Shown here: in pieces, positions 9,107-18,997 of the stretch
How positions within the stretch are numbered: the first letter of the stretch is position 1
How the letters are laid out: the number at the start of each line of letters is the position of its first letter
Assembly (NCBI GenBank): GCA_934085565.1
Contig: CAKOHG010000003.1
Coordinates: forward strand, 6,309 to 70,308
Direction of reading: 5' to 3'
Origin: an uncultured Bacilli bacterium
Lineage (GTDB): Bacteria; Bacillota_I; Bacilli_A; RF39; UBA660
Length of the DNA stretch: 64,000 nucleotides
Notes under the pieces: model-generated
What the model was told of the DNA's origin: nothing
Databases searched by the model: none
What the model saw: the letters and a program-made list of their open reading frames with translations, nothing else
Made by a program: the position numbers and the translations under genes

Positions 9107-9943
9107 ATGGAAAAAATTGCAATTATTTCAGACATACATGGAAATTTGGAAGCTCTAAAATCTGTAATGGAAGATATTAAAGAAAGAAATATAGATAAAA
9201 TCTTTTGTATTGGAGATATTATTGCCAAAGGAACACATCAACAAGAATGTGTAGATTTAATTAGAAAAAATTGTGAGATTGTTATTAAGGGTAATTGTGA
9301 CGAATATTTTACGAGTGATGCCGACTTATCAGGAGCACCTCAACTAGAAATTGATAGAATGAATTGGAATAAAAGTAAATTGAATGAAGAAACTAAGAAT
9401 TATTTAAAGCAATTACCTTATTGTTATGAGTTTTATATGAGTGGGCGATTAGTTAGAATCATGCATGCTCATCCTGAAAAAATAAATAAATTTGTGGGAA
9501 ATATAGATAAAATAGATAGATTTTATGAACTATTCTTACCAAGTTTAAACACGGTTTCTGATAAAAAAGCAGATGTATTAATTTATGGACATATACATAC
9601 TCCATATCTTCAAAAAATATATAATCGTGTGATTATAAATACAGGTTCAGTGGGTAACGCTATTGATATTTTTAGAAATGATGAAAAAGATGGTAATACC
9701 AAAAATACAACAGTTGCTAATTATTTAGTTATATCTGGTCATTTAGCTTCAAAAAATATAGATGAAAAAATATCTTATGAATTAGTAAGTGTTCCATATG
9801 ATATATCTAAAGAATTAGATGATAATGATGATAATATTGAGTTAGAGTCATATACTGAGGAACTTCGAAATGGCAAATATAGGGATATGCCTAAAATTTA
9901 TAAAATATTGTCTTTAATAGGAATAGATAAAGATAAAATATAA
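9107..9943 (+). CDS. Metallophosphoesterase, YfcE/MJ0936-like
   Basis: IAIISDIHGN, IGDIIAKG, GNCD and GHIHTP metal-binding motifs in canonical order. Confidence 0.8.
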   Translation: MEKIAIISDIHGNLEALKSVMEDIKERNIDKIFCIGDIIAKGTHQQECVDLIRKNCEIVIKGNCDEYFTSDADLSGAPQLEIDRMNWNKSKLNEETKNYLKQLPYCYEFYMSGRLVRIMHAHPEKINKFVGNIDKIDRFYELFLPSLNTVSDKKADVLIYGHIHTPYLQKIYNRVIINTGSVGNAIDIFRNDEKDGNTKNTTVANYLVISGHLASKNIDEKISYELVSVPYDISKELDDNDDNIELESYTEELRNGKYRDMPKIYKILSLIGIDKDKI

Positions 9944-10032
9944 CTCATCAAGAGATTGAATATATAGGATAGGTAACTTTCTTTGGAAAATAGAGGGGTT
10001 TGTAGTATAATAAAAAAGAGTGGAGGAAAACC

Positions 10033-10878
10033 ATGAAAACAGGTATTGTAATATTAAACTATAATGATTATGAAAACACTATTAAGATGATAGAACAAAT
10101 CAAAGATTATTCTTGCTTAAGTAAAATCATTATTGTTGATAACTGTAGTACAGATGAATCCGTAAGCAAAATAACGCCCTTTTTAAATAAAAAAATCATT
10201 TTAATCGAGGCTAAAAAAAATAAAGGTTATTCTGCTGGAAACAACTTAGGTTTAAAATATTTAGCTAATGAAACAAATTGTGAGTTTGCAATCATTTCTA
10301 ATCCAGATATTGTGGTAGAAGAAAGTGTTATTTTAGAAATGATAAAAGATATGAAAAAAGATGAAAAAATATCTTTTTTAGGTCCTAAAATTTTAGAAAA
10401 TGGGCACATTACGAAAGGTTGGAAATTACCTTCTTATGCCTGTGAACTTTTAGCTACGATGAATTATTTTAGTCGATATAGTTTTAATTTGCAAAAATAT
10501 CCAGACGATTATTACAAAGATGGCTTAAATGAAGTAGAAGTTTTACATGGTTGCTTTTTTATGGCTCGACTTAAAGATATGAAAAAAATCAAGTATTTTG
10601 ATGAGGGTACTTTTTTATATTATGAAGAAAATATATTGGCAAAAAAAGCTAAGGATAAAGGTTTAAAAAGCTATGTGGATACAAAATTAAGTATTAATCA
10701 TAAACAAAGTTTATCTGTTAATAAAAGTTTAAAAAAGATTGGAAAATATAAAAATTTAAAAAAGAGTATGTTTTATTATGAAAAAAATTATAATCATATT
10801 GGCTTTTTAAAGTTAGTTATATTAAAACTATTCTATTATATCAGCGTTTTCTTTGCGTATTTAACATTTTGGATTTAG
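10033..10878 (+). CDS. Family 2 glycosyltransferase (rhamnosyltransferase-like)
   Basis: VILNYNDYENT...IIIVDNCSTDES...NKGYSAGNN pattern of GT-A/GT2. SD GGAGGAAAA. Confidence 0.8.
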   Translation: MKTGIVILNYNDYENTIKMIEQIKDYSCLSKIIIVDNCSTDESVSKITPFLNKKIILIEAKKNKGYSAGNNLGLKYLANETNCEFAIISNPDIVVEESVILEMIKDMKKDEKISFLGPKILENGHITKGWKLPSYACELLATMNYFSRYSFNLQKYPDDYYKDGLNEVEVLHGCFFMARLKDMKKIKYFDEGTFLYYEENILAKKAKDKGLKSYVDTKLSINHKQSLSVNKSLKKIGKYKNLKKSMFYYEKNYNHIGFLKLVILKLFYYISVFFAYLTFWI

Positions 10879-10888
10879 GAGTAAGGTT

Positions 10889-12079
10889 ATGAAAAAAAAT
10901 ATATTTATTGTTGGAGCTAGAGGTTATAAGTTTAATTATGGTGGTTGGGAAACTTTTGTTACCAATCTTATTTTAAATAATAAAAACGAAGATTTTGAAT
11001 TCTATATTCCTCATTTAACTTTTATAAAAGATGAAGATAAAAAAATAAATCGTGTGGATGGAGTCATTTGTCCTTTAATTTATACTCCTCAAAGAGGATT
11101 TGCCACGATGTTTAATTTTACGATTAAAGCCATGAATTATGTGACAAAATTTATTCAAGAAAATCACTTAAAAAATACCGTTATTTTATTATTAGGTTGT
11201 AAAGTAGGTCCTTTAATTCCTATTTGGAAGAATAAATTAAAAGATACTAAATTCATCATTAATCCTGATGGTTTAGAATGGAAAAGAGATAAGTGGTCAT
11301 GGTGGATAAAAGAATGTTTTAAAATTAGTGAAAGAATGTGCGTTAAGTACTGTGACTACTGCGTATGTGATTCTAAAGCTATTCAAAATTACATTGATGA
11401 AAAATACGAAAGTTATCAAACACCATCTTCTTTTATCGCTTATGGAGCTTATGAAAATCAAAAAGCTTATAAAAATTCTATTGTAAGAGAATTATGGAAA
11501 AAGTATGATATTAAAGATAAAAATTATTATTTAATTGTCGGAAGATTTGTACCTGAAAATAATTATGAAACAATGATTAAAGAATTTATGAAAACCAAGA
11601 CTAAAAAGGATTTAGTAATAATTTGTAATTTAGAAGAAAATAAATTTTATAAATCCTTAAAAGAAACAACCCATTTTGAAAATGATAAAAGAATTAAATT
11701 TATCGGTTCTGTTTATGATCAAGAAGCATTACTTTATTTTAGAATACATGCTTATGCTTATATTCATGGACATTCTGCTGGAGGCACTAATCCATCTTTA
11801 CTAGAAGCTTTAAGTAACACGGATATTAATATTTTATATGATGTTTGCTACAATAGAGAAGTTGGCGAAGATACATGCTTTTATTTCTCTAAAAAAGAAA
11901 ATTCTTTAAAGAAAATTATCCAAAGATGTGAAAAATTAACACCTAAAGAAATTAAAAAATGTGGTGCTCTTTCAAAAGAACGTATTCATGAAAACTACAC
12001 TTGGGATATTGTGGTTGATAAATATGAATTTGTTTTTGATAAACTTTTAAATGAAAAATATGAAGAACAAGGGGAATGA
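10889..12079 (+). CDS. DUF1972-type GT-B glycosyltransferase (RgpA/GacB/WchF-like, likely rhamnosyltransferase acting on the lipid-linked primer)
   Basis: N-terminal IVGARGYKFNYGGWETFVTNL matches the DUF1972 signature GxRGxPxxYGGfETFv. C-terminal HGHSAGGTNPSLLEAL is a GT1-type motif. Confidence 0.7.
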   Translation: MKKNIFIVGARGYKFNYGGWETFVTNLILNNKNEDFEFYIPHLTFIKDEDKKINRVDGVICPLIYTPQRGFATMFNFTIKAMNYVTKFIQENHLKNTVILLLGCKVGPLIPIWKNKLKDTKFIINPDGLEWKRDKWSWWIKECFKISERMCVKYCDYCVCDSKAIQNYIDEKYESYQTPSSFIAYGAYENQKAYKNSIVRELWKKYDIKDKNYYLIVGRFVPENNYETMIKEFMKTKTKKDLVIICNLEENKFYKSLKETTHFENDKRIKFIGSVYDQEALLYFRIHAYAYIHGHSAGGTNPSLLEALSNTDINILYDVCYNREVGEDTCFYFSKKENSLKKIIQRCEKLTPKEIKKCGALSKERIHENYTWDIVVDKYEFVFDKLLNEKYEEQGE

Positions 12080-12279
12080 TATTAATGATGATATTAAATC
12101 TAAAAGAGGAACTTTTAAATTTTTTAGAACCTATTGTTGATTTTTTTAAATCTATTTGGCAAGATATTCAAAGTTTTTGCTTACAATATATGAGTCAAGA
12201 TGTTTTTAATATTTTTATTTTTGCTCTTATAATCGGTATGATAATGCTAGTTGCCTTAGCTATTATTAATAGAGATTAG
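12076..12279 (+). CDS. Small tail-anchored membrane protein, unknown function
   Basis: ORF overlaps the upstream stop. C-terminal TM is IFIFALIIGMIMLVALAII. Exact start is ambiguous (ATGs at 12076, 12085, 12088). Confidence 0.35.
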   Translation: MILMMILNLKEELLNFLEPIVDFFKSIWQDIQSFCLQYMSQDVFNIFIFALIIGMIMLVALAIINRD

Positions 12280-12291
12280 GAATGATAAATT

Positions 12292-13488
12292 ATGTTAGAT
12301 AAATATATAAAACTTATCATGGAAGGTTGTTTAAAATTTACGAACTCGGATACTTTATTTATAAGCTATGATAGTTATGTAAATGAAGAATTTAAAAAGA
12401 ACTTAGATGATTATTTAGAACAACACGAAATAAAAAATGTGTATTTCTTTGACCGGGATAGTCAGAAGAAAAAAGAAATTTTACAAACTAAAACAAACGA
12501 AGAAATAGAAGAGTACTATGTTCCTTTATTTGATAAGTGGGATGAGTATGCTTCTTTAAATGCTAAATTTTTAATGCTTGTAAGTGAAATACCCGGATTC
12601 ATGGATGATGTTTCTAAAGAAAAAATTGCTTATTATCAAGAGCTATTTCAAAATCATACCTCTTTATTTAGAAAAAAAGAAACGAGCATGGAAATTGCTT
12701 GGTGCATTTGTGCTGTACCTAATATTTATTGGGCTCAAGATATCTTTAAAGATGATAATAATGCTTTAGAAAAACTAACAAATGCCATTTATAAAATGTG
12801 TATGATAAATGAAGAAAATCCTTATAAGTCTTGGTGTCAATATATGAATTTTCTAAAAGAAAAAACAAAAAAATTAAATGATTTACATATTAAGAAATTT
12901 CATTATGAGAATTCTTTAGGAACTGATTTATGGATAACTTTACCTCATAATTATTTATTTAAAAGTGCCGCGGATGAAGAAATACTTGTCAATATGCCAA
13001 GTTATGAAGTTTTTACCAGTCCTTTTTATAAAGAAACAGAAGGTATTGTTTATTCATCAAAACCTTTAGTTTATAATGGGGTAACAATTGAAGATTTTTA
13101 TTTGAAATTTAAAAACGGAAAAGTTGTTGATTTTAAAGCAACTAAGGGAAATGAAATGCTTAAACATATTTTAGATTTAGATGAACAAAGTGCTTACTTA
13201 GGAGAAGTAGCGTTAGTTCCTTATGATTCGCCAATTTCTAATATGAACTTAACTTTTAAATCAACTTTATTTGATGAAAATGCTTCTTGTCATTTGGCTT
13301 TAGGTGCTGGTTTTCCAGAATGTATTTTTACAAACGAAGAAAAAACAGATGATTTATTATTAGAAAAAGGAGTAAATGTTTCTAAGTCTCATGTTGATTT
13401 TATGATTGGAACGAAAGATTTAAAAATTACAGCTATCACAGATGATGGGGAGATATTAATCTTTAAAGATGGAAATTTTGTGCTATAG
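12292..13488 (+). CDS. Aminopeptidase, family M29 (AmpS/PepS-like)
   Basis: SPFYKETEG, LGEVALVP, CHLALGAGFPE and SHVDFMIGT motifs are typical of M29. Confidence 0.85.
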   Translation: MLDKYIKLIMEGCLKFTNSDTLFISYDSYVNEEFKKNLDDYLEQHEIKNVYFFDRDSQKKKEILQTKTNEEIEEYYVPLFDKWDEYASLNAKFLMLVSEIPGFMDDVSKEKIAYYQELFQNHTSLFRKKETSMEIAWCICAVPNIYWAQDIFKDDNNALEKLTNAIYKMCMINEENPYKSWCQYMNFLKEKTKKLNDLHIKKFHYENSLGTDLWITLPHNYLFKSAADEEILVNMPSYEVFTSPFYKETEGIVYSSKPLVYNGVTIEDFYLKFKNGKVVDFKATKGNEMLKHILDLDEQSAYLGEVALVPYDSPISNMNLTFKSTLFDENASCHLALGAGFPECIFTNEEKTDDLLLEKGVNVSKSHVDFMIGTKDLKITAITDDGEILIFKDGNFVL

Positions 13489-13511
13489 ATATTTTTGTAG
13501 CACTTTTTTTC
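13480..13511 (+). terminator. Rho-independent terminator
   Basis: gtgcta-N12-tagcac hairpin enclosing the stop codon, followed by T7. Confidence 0.65.
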
Positions 13512-13537
13512 TTTATCCTTTATAATAAGAAAAGGAA

Positions 13538-13894
13538 GTGATGGCTGTGAACTTATTTATTTGGTATCCAAAATGTAGTACTTGTCAAAAGGCTTATCAA
13601 GTATTAAAAGAAAAAAATATTTTGTTAGAGACAAGAGATATTAAAGAAAATAATCCTACAGAAGAAGAAATTAAAAATTGGTTAAATACTTATCAAATTC
13701 CTATTAAAAAATTATTTAATACTAGCGGTAATTTATATAAGGAGTTACACTTAAAGGATAAACTTGTTGATATGTCTTTAGAAGAACAAATAACTCTTTT
13801 AAGTTCTAATGGTATGCTTGTTAAAAGACCTCTTCTTTTTATAAATGATAAATTAATTATTGGTTTTGATAGAAAAGCGTACGACCTTTTATGA
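13538..13894 (+). CDS. ArsC/Spx/YffB-family thioredoxin-fold protein
   Basis: N-terminal CSTC redox motif; KRPLL..ND..IIGF C-terminal pattern of the ArsC family. Start is GTG 13538 or ATG 13541. Confidence 0.75.
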   Translation: MMAVNLFIWYPKCSTCQKAYQVLKEKNILLETRDIKENNPTEEEIKNWLNTYQIPIKKLFNTSGNLYKELHLKDKLVDMSLEEQITLLSSNGMLVKRPLLFINDKLIIGFDRKAYDLL

Positions 13895-14541
13895 AAAAAG
13901 TATTATTAACCGGAGCTTCGGGTGGTTTAGGTCTTTATTTAGCCGAAGCTTTATTAAAAAATGATTATTTTGTATATTTACATTATTGTACGAATGTTAC
14001 TTCTTTATTAAAGTTAAAAAAAGAATATCCTAATCAATGTGAGTTAGTAAAAGCAGATTTTCAAGACTTTAAAGAGTTAACTTCTTTTTGTGAGTTAATG
14101 AAAAAGCAAAATTTGGATATTTTAATTAATAATGCCGCCATAGAACATTTAAGTCCTTTGAATGAGAAAGACTATGATACTTTGATGAAAGTTTTAAAAG
14201 TAAACTTAGTGGCACCCTTTACTTTAATGAAAGAGCTTATTGATACGGTTGATGTTGTTGTCAATATTTCTTCAGATAACGCTATTGATAAATATGATAT
14301 GGTGACTTTAGAGTATGATATCTCTAAAAATGGTTTAAACTTTTTAGGAAAAGAATTTACAAGAGAATATCCGGATAAAAAAATAAATACGTTGTGCTTT
14401 GGATGGCTAGATACTCCTATGAATGATTTTCCAGAAGATATCAAAGAAAAACTATCCTTTGTTTCTCTTTCAAAAGCTACAGCAAAAGTGTTAGAATATA
14501 TGACGACTAATGAAACAGGAAAAATTGAGGTGATAAGATGA
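13891..14541 (+). CDS. Short-chain dehydrogenase/reductase (SDR)
   Basis: TGASGGLGLYLA Rossmann motif, NNAA, and S...YDISK catalytic pattern. ATGA overlap with the upstream gene. Confidence 0.8.
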   Translation: MKKVLLTGASGGLGLYLAEALLKNDYFVYLHYCTNVTSLLKLKKEYPNQCELVKADFQDFKELTSFCELMKKQNLDILINNAAIEHLSPLNEKDYDTLMKVLKVNLVAPFTLMKELIDTVDVVVNISSDNAIDKYDMVTLEYDISKNGLNFLGKEFTREYPDKKINTLCFGWLDTPMNDFPEDIKEKLSFVSLSKATAKVLEYMTTNETGKIEVIR

Positions 14542-15806
14542 AAGAATTTTTAGATTTAAATCCTAAAACTTATGAATTATATGAAAGTGTTCAAGAGGAA
14601 TTTAAGAAACTTTCCGAAGAAATTGATGAAATAGAAGAATACAATTCGGCTAAAGTAATGAAAGCTTTTTGGAATGCTAAAGTAAGTGAAAGTCATTTTA
14701 ATAGTACGACGGGATATGGTTATGATGACCTTGGAAGAGATGCAATTGAAAATGTTTATAAAGATATTTTTAAAAGTGAAAGTGCTTTAGTGAGAAATCA
14801 ATTTGTTTCAGGTTCTCATGCGCTTTCTAAAACTTTATTTGGTCTTTTACGTCCTAATGATTTAATGCTATCCATTACAGGAACACCTTATGACACTTTA
14901 CATGAAGTAATTGGTATCAAAGAAAATCCAAGTTCTTTAAAAAGTTTTGGCGTCAAATATGACGAGATTGCTTTAAAAAATAATGATTTTGATTATGAAT
15001 TAATTTCTGAGTATTTAAAAAAACATAAAGTTAAATTAATTGAAATTCAACGTAGTAGAGGCTATTCAACTCGTAAAAGTATTAGCATTGAACAAGTTTC
15101 TAAAGTAATTTCTTTAATAAAAGAAATAAGTCCTTCTACTATTGTGATGATTGATAATTGTTATTGTGAATTTGTGGGTAAAAAAGAACCTATCGAAGTG
15201 GGAGCAGATATTGTTGTGGGTTCACTTATTAAAAATTTAGGTGGAGGACTTGCTTCTAATGGAGGATATGTTGTTGGAAAAAAGGAATACGTAGACTTAG
15301 TGGCAGAAGCTCTTACTTTGCCAGGTGAGGGAAAAGAAGTTGGTCCAAGCTTAGGAGCTAATAAAAGCTTTTTACAAGGAATTTTTATGGCTCCATCAGC
15401 CGTGGCAAGTGCTTTAAAGATAAATTTATTAACCTCTTTAATGCTTGAAAAGTTGGGTTTTGAAACAGACCCGGTTTCCCATGAAAAAAGAAACGATATT
15501 GTGTTAACGATTGCTTTTCAAAATAAAGAAAATTTATGTAAGTTTTGTGAAGGTATTCAAGCCGGTAGTCCTATTGATTCTTTTGTAACGCCAGTACCTG
15601 TAGACATGCCTGGTTATGATGATGAAGTTATCATGGCAGCAGGAGCTTTCACGCAAGGTTCTAGTATCGAACTTTCTTGTGATGGACCAATAAGACCACC
15701 ATACTATGCTTATTTACAAGGGGGACTAACTTACCATACAGCTAAGCTAGGTATTTTAAAAGCTATTGATAATATTGTAGAAAGGGAAGAAGAAAATGGA
15801 AAATAA
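14538..15806 (+). CDS. ynbB: YnbB-type PLP enzyme (methionine gamma-lyase / 'aluminium resistance' family)
   Basis: STTGYGYDDLGRD...VRNQFVSGSHA...IQRSRGYS...GSLIKNLGGG is collinear with the YnbB family. Confidence 0.75.
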   Translation: MKEFLDLNPKTYELYESVQEEFKKLSEEIDEIEEYNSAKVMKAFWNAKVSESHFNSTTGYGYDDLGRDAIENVYKDIFKSESALVRNQFVSGSHALSKTLFGLLRPNDLMLSITGTPYDTLHEVIGIKENPSSLKSFGVKYDEIALKNNDFDYELISEYLKKHKVKLIEIQRSRGYSTRKSISIEQVSKVISLIKEISPSTIVMIDNCYCEFVGKKEPIEVGADIVVGSLIKNLGGGLASNGGYVVGKKEYVDLVAEALTLPGEGKEVGPSLGANKSFLQGIFMAPSAVASALKINLLTSLMLEKLGFETDPVSHEKRNDIVLTIAFQNKENLCKFCEGIQAGSPIDSFVTPVPVDMPGYDDEVIMAAGAFTQGSSIELSCDGPIRPPYYAYLQGGLTYHTAKLGILKAIDNIVEREEENGK

Positions 15807-16038
15807 AGAAACTTTTTATTTAGATGAAGATGGACAAAGCATTCTTTGTCATATTATTACTACTATGTTTTCAGAAGAAAGAAAAAAATATTATGTCATT
15901 TATGAAGCTGAAAATAATGAAGATGAAATCTATGTTTCAAGTTATAATCCTACCGATGAAGATGGAGAACTATTAGATGTTACAGATGAGGAAGAATTAG
16001 CAGAAATTAGAAAGTTTTTAGAAGAATACGGAGAATAA
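15796..16038 (+). CDS. DUF1292-family small acidic protein
   Basis: LDEDGQSILCHII...KKYYVIYE...LLDVTDEEELAEI matches the DUF1292 pattern. Confidence 0.65.
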   Translation: MENKETFYLDEDGQSILCHIITTMFSEERKKYYVIYEAENNEDEIYVSSYNPTDEDGELLDVTDEEELAEIRKFLEEYGE

Positions 16039-16039
16039 A

Positions 16040-17290
16040 ATGAAAAATGTATCTCTAATTTCCGAAGATGGAAAAAAACTAACCGCTTTAGATTATGATG
16101 TACTTAAATTGCTAAGCAGCTACATTGGAACGATTGATGTTCGTTTTTTAGAATATTACAAAGGATATAATCAAGAAGATAGAGTTATTAAATATCGTAA
16201 TCGTTATTTTGTTTATGAATTTTATAATGGAATACACATTTATGAATATCGTAATAGACATTATTATGAGTTAACTACAAAAGATAGATTTAGAAACAAA
16301 AAATTAGTAACGCATAAAAAAAGGAAAATAAAAAAAGGAAAAGCTGTTTTGCTACGGTCTTTCCTAGGCTTAATAGTTGCTTGTGGTCTTTTTGGAGCGA
16401 TAAAAGGAAGAAAATCTAATTTTGCTGAGCCTATAGAAACGTTACCGATAGAAACAACTGCAGGTAATGAGCCAGAAACTAACGGGATCATAGAAATAAC
16501 AGATGATAACACTTCTATTGAAGAAACTTTTTCTGATATATATGATGATGTTCAAAATGTTTCTATTCCAGAAATTAATCGCTTTGATTATCGTTTGGAA
16601 AAAAGAGAAGAGACACATGAAGAACTTGGGGAATACATTGACTATTATGCAACGAGATATGGTATAGATCCATCTTTTATGGAAGCACTTATTACACAAG
16701 AAAGACATGATACAAAAAAGGCTAATCCGGGTCAACTTACCAACTCTATATGTGATGGAAATGGCTTTAAGGCTCCAGTTATTCAGGATAATGAAGTAGT
16801 AGGTGAAGATAAAGTTTACATTGTAGGGTCTTTTTATAATAATTATCCAGTCAAAGATATTGAGACGATGGGACATTTTCCTAACTTTTCAGAAAGCGAG
16901 CAAGAATCGGTAAGACAAGCTATTCGTTTGCAGAAAGAAGGTTATGAAATTATTAAAATTGGCGACCTTAAAAATGGTACTAGTGATGAACAAATTAAAA
17001 ATAACATTCGTATCTCTGCCTTATATTTATCATATTTAGTAAACTTAAAGGAAGATTTGTTTTTAGGTGCTGCTTCTTATAATGCAGGACCTTATAGAAT
17101 ATCATCTGATTTAAGTTATGAAGATCTTTTTAAAGGAATTCCTAATGATGGAGATGAATTTTATTTAAATCATATTGCTACCTATTTTACAGATGAAGAT
17201 CTTGCTAATGGTTTTAATGTTATTTTAAAAGATGGTAAAACAATACATTATGATGTGGCAAACACTTTGAAAGAAGGCAAAAAATTATGA
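16040..17290 (+). CDS. Membrane-anchored lytic transglycosylase (SLT-domain) protein
   Basis: Basic cytoplasmic N-terminus and TM LLRSFLGLIVACGLFGAI. SLT motifs are MEALITQER (catalytic Glu) and AASYNAGPYR. Confidence 0.65.
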   Translation: MKNVSLISEDGKKLTALDYDVLKLLSSYIGTIDVRFLEYYKGYNQEDRVIKYRNRYFVYEFYNGIHIYEYRNRHYYELTTKDRFRNKKLVTHKKRKIKKGKAVLLRSFLGLIVACGLFGAIKGRKSNFAEPIETLPIETTAGNEPETNGIIEITDDNTSIEETFSDIYDDVQNVSIPEINRFDYRLEKREETHEELGEYIDYYATRYGIDPSFMEALITQERHDTKKANPGQLTNSICDGNGFKAPVIQDNEVVGEDKVYIVGSFYNNYPVKDIETMGHFPNFSESEQESVRQAIRLQKEGYEIIKIGDLKNGTSDEQIKNNIRISALYLSYLVNLKEDLFLGAASYNAGPYRISSDLSYEDLFKGIPNDGDEFYLNHIATYFTDEDLANGFNVILKDGKTIHYDVANTLKEGKKL

Positions 17291-17982
17291 AAAAAATACA
17301 TATTTTATATGAAGACAAAAATATTTTAATTGTTGATAAGCCAAGTAAACAATTAACGGTTGGGACAGAAAAAAATAAAACAAGCAGTTTATATTATGAA
17401 GCTAGTCTTTATGTAAAAAAACAATATCCTAAAAATAAAGTGTTTATTGTTAATCGCCTTGATAGAGATACCTCTGGTATTGTTGTTTTTGCTAAGAATG
17501 AAGAATTAAAAAACTATTTACAAAATAATTGGGATAAGGTGGCTCTAAGTCGTAAATACATCGCGGTAGTAGAAAAAAATGTCAAAGATAAACAAAAGAC
17601 TTTACATTACTATTTACAAGAAGATAATTTTTTAAATGTTCATGTTACAGAGAATAACAAGGGTAAACTATCTATTACTGAATTTACAACTTTAAATCAT
17701 AAAAGGGCATATTCTCTTTTAGATATATCTATTAAAACAGGACGTAAGCACCAGATTAGAGTCTCTTTAAAAGAGTATGGTCATCCCATTATTGGGGATA
17801 AAAAATATGGCGCTAAAAGTAATCCTTTAGGAAGATTAGGTTTACATGCTTATGAATTATCTTTACAACTTCCATATCGTAAAGAACCCTTGAAAGTTGA
17901 AAGTAAAATACCTAAAGAATTTTTAAAAATATTTGAAAGTGAGGAAAAAGATGGAAAGATTACAGAAAGTCATCGCTGCTAG
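17287..17982 (+). CDS. RluA-family pseudouridine synthase (no S4 domain)
   Basis: VNRLDRDTSGIVVFAK catalytic-Asp motif and GRKHQIRV motif. Confidence 0.9.
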   Translation: MKKIHILYEDKNILIVDKPSKQLTVGTEKNKTSSLYYEASLYVKKQYPKNKVFIVNRLDRDTSGIVVFAKNEELKNYLQNNWDKVALSRKYIAVVEKNVKDKQKTLHYYLQEDNFLNVHVTENNKGKLSITEFTTLNHKRAYSLLDISIKTGRKHQIRVSLKEYGHPIIGDKKYGAKSNPLGRLGLHAYELSLQLPYRKEPLKVESKIPKEFLKIFESEEKDGKITESHRC

Positions 17983-18667
17983 TGGTTTTTGCTCTAGAAG
18001 AAAAGCTGAAGAATATATTAAAAGTGGCAAAGTTTATGTTAACAATACCAAAATAACAGAATTAGGAACTAAAGTATCTTATGATGATGAAATTATAATT
18101 GATGGTAATGTTTTAAATTCTAAAGAAGAAAAAGAATATTATCTTTTGTATAAACCAGGCAAAACCGTTTCCAGTGTTAAAGATGATAAAGATAGAGATA
18201 CTGTAGTTTCTCTTATTCCGTCTAAAAGTAGAATTTATCCAATAGGAAGATTAGATTATAATACAACAGGGTTACTTTTACTTACTAATGATGGGGAATT
18301 AACTAATATTTTAACTCATCCATCTCATGAAGTTGAAAAAATATATTCTGCTAAAATAGAAGGTATTTTAACACCATCTGAATTTATGAAATTAAAAAAA
18401 GGTATTGTGATTGAAGGTAGAAAAGTCATACCTACTTATTTAAAAATCAAAAAAATTAATAAAGAAGGTAATACCTCAACTGTTTTAATTGGAATTGTAG
18501 AGGGACGTAACCATATTGTTAAAAAGATTTTCTCTTCTTTTAAGCATGAAGTGATTAGACTAAAAAGAGAAACTTATGCCTTTTTAACTTTAGAGGGCTT
18601 AAAACCTGGTGAATATCGTAAGTTATCTATTAAAGAAGTAAAAAAATTATATGCATTAAAAAACTAA
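17951..18667 (+). CDS. rluB: RsuA/RluB-family pseudouridine synthase with S4 domain
   Basis: S4 domain: RLQKVIAASGFCSRRKAEEYIKSGKVYVN. Catalytic motif: GRLDYNTTGLLLLTNDG. Start moved to the ATG at 17951 after GAGGAAAAAG. Confidence 0.9.
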   Translation: MERLQKVIAASGFCSRRKAEEYIKSGKVYVNNTKITELGTKVSYDDEIIIDGNVLNSKEEKEYYLLYKPGKTVSSVKDDKDRDTVVSLIPSKSRIYPIGRLDYNTTGLLLLTNDGELTNILTHPSHEVEKIYSAKIEGILTPSEFMKLKKGIVIEGRKVIPTYLKIKKINKEGNTSTVLIGIVEGRNHIVKKIFSSFKHEVIRLKRETYAFLTLEGLKPGEYRKLSIKEVKKLYALKN

Positions 18668-18698
18668 TCTTTCAAAAATGAGATTAGTTCTTTTTTTC
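18662..18698. terminator. Bidirectional rho-independent terminator between rluB and fer
   Basis: 9-bp stem aactaatct/agattagtt with a 10-nt loop, flanked by an A-run on the left and a T-run on the right. Overlaps both stop codons. Confidence 0.7.
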
Positions 18699-18890
18699 TT
18701 TTTCTTCCTCTATTGTGATAGCTCCGACCGGACAAGCTTCTATAGCAGAAATAAGATCTGGAGATTCTAAATTTTCATTTGTTTTTGCTTCAGGAAAACC
18801 GTCTTCTCCAAATTCAAAATGTTCTTCGTCAATACCACAGCAAGCACCACAGCCTAGACAAATATCTTTATTAATTTCAATTTTTTTCAT
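18684..18890 (-). CDS. fer: Small [4Fe-4S] ferredoxin
   Basis: CLGCGACCGI...ACPVGAI cysteine pattern; 68 aa, acidic. Confidence 0.9.
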   Translation of the reverse strand: MKKIEINKDICLGCGACCGIDEEHFEFGEDGFPEAKTNENLESPDLISAIEACPVGAITIEEEKEKKN

Positions 18891-18997
18891 TTTCTTCTCC
18901 TTTGCACCTTATTATAACGCAAAGTTTTTAAAAAGCCTACTTGAATATTTGCAAAAATGCGAAAATATGGTATATTTAATAGGAAAGGATAGTATTT

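Noticed and set aside
12584-12769. Same-strand internal ORFs in alternative frames (12584..12769 inside the M29 aminopeptidase; 60481..60717 inside the acyltransferase; 18715..19014; 46627..46857)
   Set aside because: They are out of frame inside well-supported genes or span terminator and promoter regions. They have no independent signals.
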